A stretch of 64,000 nucleotides of DNA from Eledone cirrhosa (lineage: Eukaryota): contig OZ024766.1 of the NCBI GenBank assembly GCA_964016885.1, positions 7,874,001 through 7,938,000 on the forward strand. Reading direction: 5' to 3'. Position 1 is the first letter of the stretch, and each line of letters opens with the position of its first letter. Below are positions 1-11,602 of the stretch, piece by piece. Made by a program: the position numbers and the translations under genes. Under the pieces are notes generated by a model. The model did no database searches. It was not told where the DNA came from and was given only the letters and a program-made list of their open reading frames with translations.

Positions 1-339
1 TAGTTCAACACGTGTCTTTATTTCTATATATGTATGTATAAATACATATATATACCTCTATACATACATATGTGTGTGTGTAGAAAAACTTACATCCCCC
101 TTCAGATGTATTCCATATACTTTTAACTACCCTATGTACACAGAATATATATATATATGTGTGTGTGTGTATATATGTGCGTGTGTGTGTGTATGTATGT
201 GTGTGTGTGTATGTGTGCGTGTGTGTGTATATATGTGTGTGTATATTTATATGTGTGTGTATATATATATATACAAGGTGTCTCCCCAAAATGTATACAC
301 ACTTTAATTATAATAATAATGAAATTATTGTGTACAGTG

Positions 340-1432
340 CTCAGGTGCACTACAACTCATCAAAGGTGCATGTATAGTACATAGAATAATACACAAATGT
401 CAGGGAAGTGAATAGTGTACGAGTCATGATATACATGTGTGTGTGTGTATGGAGGGGGAACATTAGGTGTAGTGTTGGCGAATCTCGGGAAGCATGGAGG
501 TTTTAAAGGATGCAGTGTCTCCACAGCTAACAACTGATGCAGGTAGTTTGTTCCATGGAGGTTTTAAAGGATACAGTGTCTCGACAGCTAACAACTGATG
601 CAGGGAGTTTGTTCCATGGAGGTTTTAAAGGATGTAGTGTCTTGACAGCTAACAACTGATGCAGGGAGTTTGTTCCATGGAGGTTTTAAAGGATGCAGTA
701 TCTCGACAGCTAACAACTGATGCAGGTAGTTTGTTCCATGGAGGTTTTAAAGGATGCAGTGTCTCGACAGCTAACAACTGATGCAAGTAGTTTGTTCCAT
801 GGAGGTTTTAAAGGATGCAGTGTCTCGACAGCTAACAACTGATGCAAGTAGTTTGTTCCATGGAGGTTTTAAAGGATGCAGTGTCTCGACAGCTGACAAC
901 TGATGCAGGTAGTTTGTTCCATGGAGGTTTTAAAGGATGCAGTGTCTCGACAGCTAACAACTGATGCAAGTAGTTTGTTCCATGGAGGTTTTAAAGGATG
1001 CAGTGTCTCGACAGCTGACAACTGATGCAGGTAGTTTGTTCCATGGAGGTTTTAAAGGATGCAGTGTCTCGACAGCTAACAACTGATGCAGGTAGTTTGT
1101 TCCATGGAGGTTTTAAAGGATGCAGTGTCTCGACAGCTAACAACTGATGCAAGTAGTTTGTTCCATGGAGGTTTTAAAGGATGCAGTGTCTCGACAGCTG
1201 ACAACTGATGCAGGTAGTTTGTTCCATGGAGGTTTTAAAGGATGCAGTGTCTCGACAGTTAACAACTGATGCAGCTAGTTTGTTCCACGGAGGTTTTAAA
1301 GGATGCAGTGTCTCGACAGCTAACAACTAATGCAGGTAGTTTGTTCCATGGAGGTTTTAAAGGATGCAGTGTCTCGACAGCTAACAACTGATGCAGATAG
1401 TTTGTTCCATGGAGGTTTTAAAGGATGCAGTG
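340..1432 (-). mobile_element. 3' end of a CR1-type LINE carrying a 61-bp tandem array
   Basis: Minus strand reads WNKLPASVVSCRDTASFKTSMLPEIRQHYT*, like the CR1-group ORF2 C-terminus (RV..WN.LP..VV...FK). A related piece at 61430-61640 extends this upstream (FTLRVAEAWNKLPASVVSC). Confidence 0.7.
493..1432. repeat. 61-bp minisatellite, about 15 copies
   Basis: Unit CCATGGAGGTTTTAAAGGATGCAGTGTCTCGACAGCTAACAACTGATGCAGGTAGTTTGTT; shifts 1 nt per 60-nt line. Confidence 0.95.
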
Positions 1433-1529
1433 TTTGGTTGGTTTTCACTTCTGTATCTTTTATATTTCCATAGTTAATTTATTTGGCAATCAACGTTTAT
1501 CATTGATTGACCAACAGTTAAAAATACAG

Positions 1530-1586
<57 letters not shown>

Positions 1587-1763
1587 ATCAAAGTTCTTTC
1601 GTTGCACATCTGCGACATCATCAGTGGTACTATTATGTTTCCTCCCGTTGTATTGTAATGCCTACGCCACTTTTAACCATTGGTCAATCAATGATAAACA
1701 TTGATTGCCAAATAAATTAATTATGGAGATATAAAAGATACAGAAGTGAAAACCAACCAAACA
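1431..1763. repeat. Inverted repeat, arms about 90 bp (1431-1523 and 1671-1763)
   Basis: Arms are reverse complements with several mismatches; the spacer holds (TA)n and a hammerhead-like core. Confidence 0.85.
1581..1633 (-). ncRNA. Degenerate hammerhead ribozyme-like motif
   Basis: Minus strand CTGATGA-TGTCGCAGATGTGCAAC-GAAAG; stem II plausible, stems I and III weak. Confidence 0.4.
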
Positions 1764-1879
1764 ATGAGTGTGTTCTGTTATTATTTCTGGCAATATTACA
1801 ACAATATGACCCTCCCCAAGTATAACAATATTGGTTTCGACACACGATTTCATATCAAAAACCTTGCAAAACAAATATA

Positions 1880-2424
1880 TTTATATGATGCCTGTGTGAG
1901 GAGCGCGATGCTGCATGGTAGTGAGACATGGGCAGCAACTGCAGAGGATATGCGTCGGCTGGAGAGAAATAAGGCAAGCATGCTCCGTTGGATGTGCAAT
2001 GTCAATGTGCGTGAACGACCCAGCATGAATGTGTTGAGAGAGAAACTGTGTCTGAGAGGGATAGAATGTAGTGTATGAGAGAGGAGACTGAGGTGGTATA
2101 GACATGTGATGTGTTGAGAGAGAAACTGTGTCTGAGAGGGATAGAATGTAGTGTACGGGAGAGGAGACTGCGGTGGTATGGACATGTGATGTACATGGAG
2201 GATGACCGATGGGTGAAGAAGTGCCAGTAAATGCCAGTGGAGGGAAGACGTGATAGAGGTAGACCACGTAAAACATGGGCGGAGGTGGTGAGAACAGACC
2301 TCAGATGGCTGAAGCGCACGGTGGAGATGACGAAGGACCGTGACATGTGGAGAGATGCTGTGCTGAATAAGACCCGTCCCACCCTTGCAAGCAGGGAAAA
2401 GCGGACGTAAAATGATGATGATGA

Positions 2425-2427
<3 letters not shown>
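1880..2427 (+). mobile_element. RTE-clade LINE 3' fragment (family A)
   Basis: LYDACVRSAMLHGSETW...MLRWMC...LRWYGH...RGRPRKTW...NKTRPTLASREKRT* then (ATG)n tail; internal 80-bp duplication. Confidence 0.9.
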
Positions 2428-2474
<47 letters not shown>

Positions 2475-2751
2475 CACAGTCCACACGGTAATATGGCCGT
2501 GTAGGAAACACGGTAAAAAGCTCCCAGTCCACACTGTATAACAATATATATACAGAGAGAGATATATATATATTTATTTTACATATATAGATAGATATGT
2601 ATGTATATATATGTATATATAGTAGAATTGAATCTAAATCCTTTGTACTGTAAAAGATATTTGGAAAATGAGAAGAATGTCTTTTTAGTTGCTTGTTGTT
2701 TTATGATCAAATAAATGTTTACAACTTATAGATTATATATTGTAAACAGTC

Positions 2752-2816
<65 letters not shown>

Positions 2817-2989
2817 AGACCTATTTATGTGTATATCTATCTACGGAAATGTATGTGTGTGTGTATTGTAAAACAGTCCTCATATATATATATATAAATA
2901 TGACGACTTTTACAATACACACACACACATATGTGTGTATATATATGTGTCTGTGTGTGTGTGTGTATATATATGTGTGTGTGTATATA

Positions 2990-3020
<31 letters not shown>

Positions 3021-3285
3021 GGGTTACTAAAGAGAATTAAGATTGCCAATGTATGTGTGTGTGTATAAATATATACATATATATGCGTATATATATATAT
3101 ATACATACATATCAATGTATTTATATATACACATATATATATAGATAATCATGCATAGATAAGCATATATATATATATATATAATATATATATATATATA
3201 TAGAGAGAACGAAGGAAATGTGGTAAGGAACCAGGTGGACCATAACGCACCAAAGTACTCAATACTTGAGGTAGTAGAGTGGGTA

Positions 3286-3423
3286 ATAGGAACCAGTAAG
3301 ACCCCGACAGCTGAGCTCAAGCCGTTTCGACGGCTAATTCTGGACTAAAAAAAAATTTTTTTAGTCCAGAATTAGCCGTCGAAACGGCTTGAGCTCAGCT
3401 GTCGGGGTCTTACTGGTTCCTAT
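3286..3423. repeat. Near-perfect palindrome, about 138 bp, with the 3' half of a hammerhead on each arm
   Basis: GGAACCAGTAAGACCCCGACAGC...A9/T7...GCTGTCGGGGTCTTACTGGTTCC; each arm has GAAACGGC-TTGAGCTCA-GCTGTC (stem III plus GUC); CUGANGA absent. Confidence 0.9.
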
Positions 3424-3670
3424 ATATATAGAGAGAGAGATATGCATATATACACATATATATATGTGTATATGTATATATATGTGTGTGTATTTATATA
3501 TATATATATATATATGAGTATATATATATGTGTGTATTTATATATATATATATATATGAGTATATATATATGTGTGTGTGTGTGTATTTATATATGTATG
3601 TATATGTGTGTGTATATATATATATATATGTGTGTGTGTATGTATATATATATATATATGTGTGTGTGTG

Positions 3671-3727
<57 letters not shown>

Positions 3728-4284
3728 GTATGTATATGTGTATGTATATATATATATATGTGTGTGTATGTATATGTGTATGTATATATATATATGTGTG
3801 TGTGTGTGTATATATATATATATGTGTGTGTATCATGTCAACACTCAGAGATAGTGACAGGTAAACTGGTAAATATGGTAAAGAGAAGAGTGACTAACCT
3901 TTCCTTCCCATTCTACACCCCCCCCCATATCACCTGTCCCCCCCCCCCCACATCTACCACCAACCCCCACCCCTCACCACCCGTTCAGGTGTTATATAAC
4001 ATGGGTGTTGTTTTTTTTTTTAGTTGGGGGTAGGACTTTGTAATGGGTCATAGTGACATATGCATACATATACACATACAGGGGCCTCGTTTGCCTTAAA
4101 AATGTGAGGAGGGGGGGGACAAACCAATATTTGTTGGTTCTTAAAGGAGCATAAATTGCTTATGGTGCCTTTCCCCGGACCCTATCACATTTTTACCCTA
4201 ATAAAATTTTTACTCTAATTAAATTTTATATATTTAAATGAAGTTCAGATATAAAAAATAAGCTTAAAAATAATTTATATCATA

Positions 4285-4667
4285 CTAGCAGTGGTACCCG
4301 GCGTTGCAAGGGATAAAGTATTTTGGAACGCGGGCCGCCAGCAGACCTAATTGTGGAAAAACTGCATGCCTGGACAATATGTAAAGAAAATAAACCGAAT
4401 ACTCTGATGGCTGGATAATCTTTAAGATTTTCCTTGATGAAGCAGGAAAAATGCAGGTTTTCACCTAATGCGGGCCCTAGGGGATCAAGAAAAGGAATTT
4501 TTTTTATGTGCATAATATGCCTTGAAATTTCGGGGAAATCGGCTAGACGTAACTCCTCAAAAAAGCCCTAAAAAGCTGAAAAAAATGAAGATTTTCACCT
4601 AATGCAGGCCCTAGGCCATAAGAAAGTTGGATTTTCTTTGCTCATGGTATGAAGAAGGGATTCAAAC

Positions 4668-4698
<31 letters not shown>

Positions 4699-4730
4699 GA
4701 CAGACAGACATCCTCAGTTTTATATATATA
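4285..4730 (-). mobile_element. Probable non-autonomous Helitron
   Basis: Minus-strand 3' end has hairpin CCCTTGCAACGCCGGG followed by CTAG|T; 5' end TATATAAAACTGAGGATGTCTGTCTGTCTG; internal duplicated TTTTCACCTAATGC..GCCCTAGG. Confidence 0.55.
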
Positions 4731-4744
4731 TATATATATAAACA

Positions 4745-5090
4745 TGGAAGCACATGGCTTAGTGGTTAGAGCATTGGCCTTGCAATCGAAAGGTTGTGAG
4801 TTCAATTCTCAGACCGGGTGATGTGTTGTTTCCTTGAGCAAGACACTTTATTTCACATTGCTCCAGTTTACTCAGCTGTAGAAATGAGATGATAGGGACT
4901 GGGGTCCCTATCATTCCACTGCAAAGTGGTCGTGGAGGTGCCACGGCAAAAAAGCACCCAGCACTCACTGTAAATGAGGTTGGTGTTAGGAAGGGCATCC
5001 AGCTGTAGAAATCAAGCCAGAATCAGTTCCCGTCCCACCCTTGCAAGCAGGGAAAAGCGGACGTAAAATGATGATGATGATGATGATGAT
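4745..5090 (+). mobile_element. tRNA-derived CORE-type SINE with RTE-A tail
   Basis: A box TGGCTTAGTGG, B box GAGTTCAATTC, MIR/CORE-like TCCTTGAGCAAGACACTT...CAGTTTACTCAGCTGTAGAAATGAG, tail CCCGTCCCACCCTTGCAAGCAGGGAAAAGCGGACGTAAA(ATG)n. Confidence 0.9.
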
Positions 5091-5409
5091 ATATTAGGTA
5101 TAGGATTATCCTGGATGCAGTAATAGTTAATTACTACACTGGATAGAGTTGACGTACGGTGAGGGGTTGCTCAACGAGTTATGGAAGAATAGTTGAAAAA
5201 ACTCAGTTCCTTGATCCTTCTGTATTCTGGAGTGTAGATAAAGAATGAATAATAATTAAGATATCTGTATTCTACAAACCACTCTCTCCCATTTCTCCAA
5301 CCCCTGCATATCACTCTCTCCCTCTCCCCTTCTTTTCTCTCTTCCTTTTCTACTCTATCTTCCCCTATAACCTCACTTAAGGGTATTTACATTGTACATT
5401 TTAACCATT

Positions 5410-5522
5410 CTACTCTGATGATACAGTGGTCACAGCATTTGATAATTGAGTTTTGCAAATAGATATAAATTTGCACATAGCATAACTAGGCTGTATAACC
5501 ACCGTGAAAACATTTGTAAGCA
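5410..5522 (+). ncRNA. Degenerate hammerhead with long stem II
   Basis: CTGATGA at 5415; stem II GTGGTcACAGC...GCTGTatAACCAC; GAAAACATTTGTA at 5506; AATAAA downstream. Confidence 0.45.
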
Positions 5523-5584
5523 CACAGAATAAATTACCTTTTTATGATGTCTACCTGTTATTATTCATTCTTTATATATATATA

Positions 5585-5930
5585 TGGAGGCACATGGCTT
5601 AGTGGTTAGAGCATTGGCCTTGCAATCGAAAGGTTGTGAGTTCAATTCTCAGACCGGGTGATGTGTTGTTTCCTTGAGCAAGACACTTTATTTCACATTG
5701 CTCCAGTTTACTCAGCTGTAGAAATGAGATGATAGGGACTGGGGTCCCTATCATTCCACTGTAAAGTGGCCGTGGAGGTGCCACGGCAAAAAAGCACCCA
5801 GCACTCACTGTAAATGAGGTTGGTGTTAGGAAGGACATCCAGCTGTAGAAATCAAGCCAGAATCAGTTCCCGTCCCACCCTTGCAAGCGGGGAAAAGTGG
5901 ATGTAAAATGATGATAGATGATAGATGAAA
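5585..5930 (+). mobile_element. CORE-type SINE copy
   Basis: Nearly identical to 4745-5090. Confidence 0.9.
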
Positions 5931-5946
5931 TGCCTTGCAAATGATA

Positions 5947-6040
5947 AACATATCTGAGGACCTTGCAAATGCAGAGTCAGGTTCGATCTATAACAGATCC
6001 TGCCTTGAACTGATCGTCAGAGAAACATATGTAATATGTT
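5947..6040 (+). ncRNA. Type I hammerhead ribozyme (Penelope-like terminus)
   Basis: Stem I AACATAT/ATATGTT, CTGAGGA 5954-5960, about 60-nt stem II region, GAA+ACATATGT palindromic stem III, GUA site; AATAAA at 6041. Confidence 0.7.
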
Positions 6041-6174
6041 AATAAATTGTGTTTTAATGCATCACTGATTCCTCGTTATCTATAATAATATACTCTGCTC
6101 TGTGTAAACAACGAGTGCTCAAATGGCATACTACCTACGGACACATTTATTGCAACTTTACAAAAACTATATAT

Positions 6175-6710
6175 CATATCATCATCATCGTTGAACGTCT
6201 ATCTTCCACGCTAGCATGGGTTAGATGGGAATTATCCCATTTGAGGCAAGATTGGTCGGGTGACTGTGTCTCGCTCGTATAGGACTATCTGGCAGGTTTT
6301 TTACGGCTGGATGCCCTTCCTAACACCAACCACATTACAGTGTGGACTGGGAGCTTTTTACCGTGTTACCTACACTACCACATTACAGTGTGGACTAGGA
6401 GCCTTTTTACCGTGTTACCTACACTACCACATTACAGTGTGGACTGGGAGCCTTTTTACCGTGTTACCTACACTACCACATTACAGTGTGGACTGGGAGG
6501 TTTTTACTGTGTTACCTACACAACCAGATTACAGTGTGGACTGAGAGGTTTTTACCGTGTTACCTACACAACCACATTACAGTGTGGACTGGGAGGTTTT
6601 TACCGTGTTACCTACACAGCCACATTACAGTGTGAACTATTTTTTTTTTTGTCGTAACACCTACACAATCTCATTAGTTTGAACTGGATGTTGTGGTACC
6701 AACATAACTT
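6175..6710 (-). mobile_element. Retroposon 3' module (RTE-B 3' UTR type) with about 47-bp tandem expansion
   Basis: (CAT)n tail at left, GGATGCCCTTCCTAACACCAAC module, about 7 CACATTACAGTGTGGACTGGGAG units. Confidence 0.8.
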
Positions 6711-6740
6711 TATCTATCTATCTATATATATATATACATA

Positions 6741-6787
<47 letters not shown>

Positions 6788-7140
6788 GATGATGTATATA
6801 TATATATACAGAGTACCAGGGATTTCTTTTCAACAGCTAGAGCTCAGCCTCTGTCCCTGCTTTGTCTAGTGTAAGTTACCCCTGTTTAACCTTTGGGTAG
6901 GATGATAGCAAAGCTGGGTGTGTTTGTGGGGTCACAGCTGACCTCACATTTAGGTCAGGTCATTGTGACATTTGACCTGACAAAAGTTCATCCAAACAAA
7001 CGCCTTCCTTTGGTTTCTCAGTGTCAACAGTATTGTTGTTAATGTTGTTGTTTGAGGCCTACCCCTGGGTCCCAATCTTACCCACCTTACCCTGCTTATT
7101 AAATTGGGTTGATCTATCTCCAGTGAAATATTATTTAAAG

Positions 7141-7330
7141 AGGCGGTGGATTGGCAGTATCGGTAGAGGGTCAGACGCCATGCTTTGAAGCATAGCGTTA
7201 CCTCCCTGTATGATCTGAGTTCAAATCCCGCTGAGGTTAACTTTGCCTTTTATCCTTACGGGGTCGATAAAATAAAGTACCAGTAATACACTGGGTAACT
7301 GGTGGCCTTGTGCCAAAAGTAGAAACAATT
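7141..7330 (+). mobile_element. Second SINE family (tRNA-like head, GCCTTT.ATCCTT.CGGGGTCGATAAAATAAAGTACCAG body)
   Basis: B-box-like GAGTTCAAATCC; flanked by direct repeat TTATTTAAAGAGG (TSD); related pieces near 8460-8610 and 31020-31350. Confidence 0.75.
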
Positions 7331-7373
7331 ATTTAAAGAGGTAGCTAACTCTAACCCTCACCCAGCTTATTAA

Positions 7374-7944
7374 CCCTTTAGCATTCACATTACTCTCATC
7401 ATCATCATCATCTTACGTCCGTTCTTCCACGCTAGCATGGGTTAGACGGGTTGTCCTGTTGTGGGCAGTGTCTGGTCGGCTGACCATGCCTTGCTCATAC
7501 AGGAACTGATTTGGCTTGATTTCTACAGCTGGATGCCCTTCCTAACACCAACCTCATTTACAGTGAGTGCTGGGTGCTTTTTCCTTGGCGCCTACACGTC
7601 CACTTTACAGTGTGGGCTGGGTGCTTTTTTGCTGTGACACCTCCACGACCACCTTGCAGTGGGGGTGTGGGGGCATATTGTCTATATGCTCCAGCTTGTA
7701 CCCATGGGAGGTCGGGTACTCTGTATTACTGCGTGACGCCATACTCTATATATACTATTATATTTTCATGGTAAATGCTTTATCTCACATAATATCTGAC
7801 ATAATATCGAATCTATGAGATTTTGAAAGTATTTATTTTGAGAACAATACCTTTACATCAGTTTGAGTGACCAGTTACAGCCATTTTCAACAGAAAAAGG
7901 TAGAGAATTTTTGGCCGGTTTTTGCCGGTTTGAACATTAAAGGG
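7374..7944. mobile_element. piggyBac-like MITE interrupted by a retroposon
   Basis: TTAA|CCCTTTAGCATTCA ... TGAACATTAAAGGG|TTAA; nested minus-strand retroposon 7397-7741 flanked by TACTCT duplication. Confidence 0.8.
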
Positions 7945-7947
7945 TTA

Positions 7948-8277
7948 AATTAAGTTGATCTATCTCCAGTGAAATATTATTTAAAGAAGTAGCTAACTCT
8001 AACCCTCACCCTGCTTATTAAATTGAGTTGATCTATCTCCAGTGAAATACTATTTAAAGAGCTAGCTAACTCTAACCCTCACCCTGCTTATTAAATTGAG
8101 TTGATCTATCTCCAGTGAAATATTATTTAAAGAGCTAGCTAACTCTAACCCTCACCCTGCTTATTAATTTGAGTTGATCTATCTCCAGTGAAATATTATT
8201 TAAAGAGCTAGTTAACTCTAACCCTAACTCTGCTTATTAAATTGAGTTGATCTATCTCCAGTGAAATATTATTTTAA
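7948..8277. repeat. 73-bp minisatellite, about 4.5 copies
   Basis: Unit AATTGAGTTGATCTATCTCCAGTGAAATATTATTTAAAGAGCTAGCTAACTCTAACCCTCACCCTGCTTATTA. Confidence 0.9.
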
Positions 8278-8763
8278 GTGGTAGCATTCCTGTAACAATT
8301 TTCTTTAGACATTAAAACACATTATACATGGCAAAAAATGTACTTTACTAGAAATCTCTTGTTATAAAATAGGATGGGTTGAGGTCTCAATTTACAAACT
8401 ACATGACTAATTCTGATTTTTTAAAATTTTTTTTTTTTAAAACAATAGAACATCTCAACTTTGTCTTTCATCCATTCGAGGTTGATAAAAAAAAGTACCA
8501 GTGAAATACTGGGGTTGATTCTTTCTCTATATCTCTTTCTCAGCTCCATTCTCTGTTGCTTCTCTCTCTGTATCCTTCAGTCTAAATCCCACCGAGGTCA
8601 ACTTTGCTATAATGCTGTTAAGCTGGCCCTGCCCAGAAGCACCATATGTTAATGCTGTGCCCTTACCACGTGTGTGTGTAAACTGTTCTTGCTCTGTATT
8701 CTGTTTATTAGTGCATTGAGCTTTTTTGGCATTTGGTAACAAACTGACCTCATACCAGCCTTA

Positions 8764-8803
<40 letters not shown>

Positions 8804-9070
8804 TATAAATATATTAAAAAAAATATATATATATATATATATTTAAAAAAATATATATATATGTACATATATATATATTAAAAAAAAAAAATATATATAT
8901 ATATTTTAAAAAATATATATATATATACATATATATGTAGATAAATCTACCAAGAGTTTACGGTAGTGTCCAATCCGTATGAAGAACTCAATGTATTCCG
9001 GATATCATGGAAAGAAGAGATGTAATGAAAAACCACTTTCGGTGAAAGATAAACGGTATACAGAGTCAAG

Positions 9071-9483
9071 ATAAAATATTAAACAAATAATGAATAAACA
9101 ATTCCTTATATTAAACAAAAAAAGTTCATTATTTAACGATCGTTTCTATGATATATATGTGTTAGAATTGGTATGCATATTCAACAGATCTATGTACAAA
9201 ATTATACAAAATTATACAAATTATCAAGATTAAATATACATACCAAACACATATATACGCCGTCTTCAGAAATAATTATTATTTCTGAAGACGGCGTATA
9301 TATGTGTTTGGTATGTATATTTAATCTTGATAATTTGTATAATTTTGTATAATTTTGTACATAGATCTGTTGAATATGCATACCAATTCTAACACATATA
9401 TATCATAGAAACGATCGTTAAATAATGAACTTTTTTTGTTTAATATAAGGAATTGTTTATTCATTATTTGTTTAATATTTTAT
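9071..9483. repeat. Perfect 413-bp palindrome with a 1-nt spacer at 9277
   Basis: Arms are reverse complements by eye from ATAAAATATTAAACAAAT to ATTTGTTTAATATTTTAT. Confidence 0.92.
9278..9426 (+). ncRNA. Type I hammerhead with about 115-nt stem II (mirror copy on minus strand 9128-9276)
   Basis: Stem I ATTATTT/AAATAAT; CTGAAGA 9285-9291; stem II TATATATGTGTT/AACACATATATA and TTGGTATGTATATT/AATATGCATACCAA; GAA+ACGATCGT palindromic stem III; GUU site. Confidence 0.7.
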
Positions 9484-10065
9484 ATACATATATATATATT
9501 TAAAAAAAAAAATATATATATATATATACATATATATGTATTTAAAATATATATATATATATATATGTGTGTAGAAGTACATACACTCAAAGGCACAGGT
9601 ACATATATGTATATATATATATATATATACACACACTGTATGTATATATATACAGGTACATATATGTGTGTATGTATATATATATATATATATATACACA
9701 CACAAGTGTATGTATGTATATACAGGTACATATATGCTTAACCTAATTTCTTTGTCAGCTGTAACTACTACTACTACTACTACCACTACTACTACTACTA
9801 CTACCCACAATCTCTGCAAATTTTATAGTTCCATTAAACTTACTTAGTCAGATCACCATGGTGACAAAAGTGAGAGGGTGGGTAGGGTCTACGCGTGTGG
9901 GGGCAGGGGTGGGCTATATCATTTTTGTTCATGTACAAATATTTGCCTATATATATATATATACGAAGTAATTCCGTCGGAAAAGTCCAGGAAAAAAGAG
10001 TGCTCTATGTAGGTAACAGAGAATAATTGGCTTATGTTGTTTATAACATAACTATATATATATAT

Positions 10066-11210
10066 CATCATCATCATCATCGTTTAACGTCCCTGTTCCA
10101 CGCTTGCATGGGTTTGAACGGGGGTTTTCCCACTTGAGGCAAGAGTGGTTGTCTTGCTCGCATAGGACTGTCTGGCGGGTTTTCTACAGCTGAATGCCCT
10201 TCCTAACACCAACCACATTTACAGTGTGGGGCTGGGAGGTTTTTACCGTGTTGCCTACACGGCCACATTACAGCGTGGACTGTCTGGCGAGTTTTCTACA
10301 GCTGGATGCCCTTCCTAACACCAACCACATTTACAGTGTGGGGCTGGGAGGTTTTTACCGTGTTGCCTACACGGCCACATTACAGCGTGGACTGTCTGGC
10401 GAGTTTTCTACAGCTGGATGCCCTTCCTAACACCAACCACATTTACAGTGTGGGGCTGGGAGGTTTTTACCGTGTTGCCTACACGGCCACATTACAGCGT
10501 GGACTGTCTGGCGAGTTTTCTACAGCTGGATGCCCTTCCTAACACCAACCACATTTACAGTGTGGGGCTGGGAGGTTTTTACCGTGTTGCCTACACGGCC
10601 ACATTACAGCGTGGACTGTCTGGCGGGTTTTCTACAGCTGGATGCCCTTCCTAACACCAACCACATTTACAGTGTGGGGCTGGGAGGTTTTTACCGTGTT
10701 GCCTACACGGCCACATTACAGCGTGGACTGTGTGTTTTTTTTTTTTGTCATGACACCTACACGATCTCGTTTGTTTCGGCCTGGATGTTGTGGCACCAAC
10801 ATAACTTTACATTGAAAGGGGCGGTGTGGATGGGGTGAGGGTGGTGGGACGGGGGTGTGTTTTGTTAGAGATGCCTACTGACTGTAGTAGGTTTTACTTT
10901 GTATTTCAGGTAAGGCGGGTCTTCTCTATTACTGAGTACCGCCAAAGATCTCGGTCCAGTGACATTGTCTTGGAGAGGTGTAAGTGTGGGAGGTCGGAAT
11001 TTATCAGGTCGTCCCAGGGTTTTTCTGGGTCTGCCTACTCCGTGGCTACCGTCTATCTTTATTGCCCTGTACTTTGTTATACAGCTGTTGTCTTTCATGC
11101 GCATCATGTGACCATACCAACGTAGCCTTCTCTCGACTAAACAACAGCTGATCCCTCTTATTTCTAATTTTTCCCCTTAGCTCGTTTATGCTTTGCCGTT
11201 CGCATATATA
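10066..11210 (-). mobile_element. RTE-clade LINE 3' fragment (family B) with long 3' UTR and 112-bp array (5 copies)
   Basis: RLRWYGHMMRMKDNSCITKYRAIKIDGSHGVGRPRK; (CAT)n tail at 10066; 112-bp periodicity 10167-10730. Confidence 0.88.
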
Positions 11211-11602
11211 TATCATCATCATCATCATATATATATATTTGCCTATATATATATATATGTAGGCAAATATTTGTACATGAACAAAAATGATACAACACAC
11301 CCCTGCCCCTACACGCATACACCCTACCCATATATATATATATCTATATCCAAAATTAAGATAATCAAAATTATGGGTGTCATGCCAGAAAGACATGCGC
11401 CATATCACCTGCAGAATAAGCTCTAAGATTCTAACGAGTAGGTCCGAGCATTTTATAATAACTAGAATTGATTAACATATAAATAAACATGAATAATCAC
11501 AGGAGATAATTTTTACAAGTGTGTAAGCACACATAGCTAGGTAGGTAACTAAATAAAGTTAACCAGAACTTCAAAAATAGATACACATATATATATGTGT
11601 GT

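Noticed and set aside
4745-4820. tRNA gene
   Set aside because: A and B boxes are present, but it is the head of a multi-copy SINE continuing into CORE, with no proper acceptor stem or terminator.
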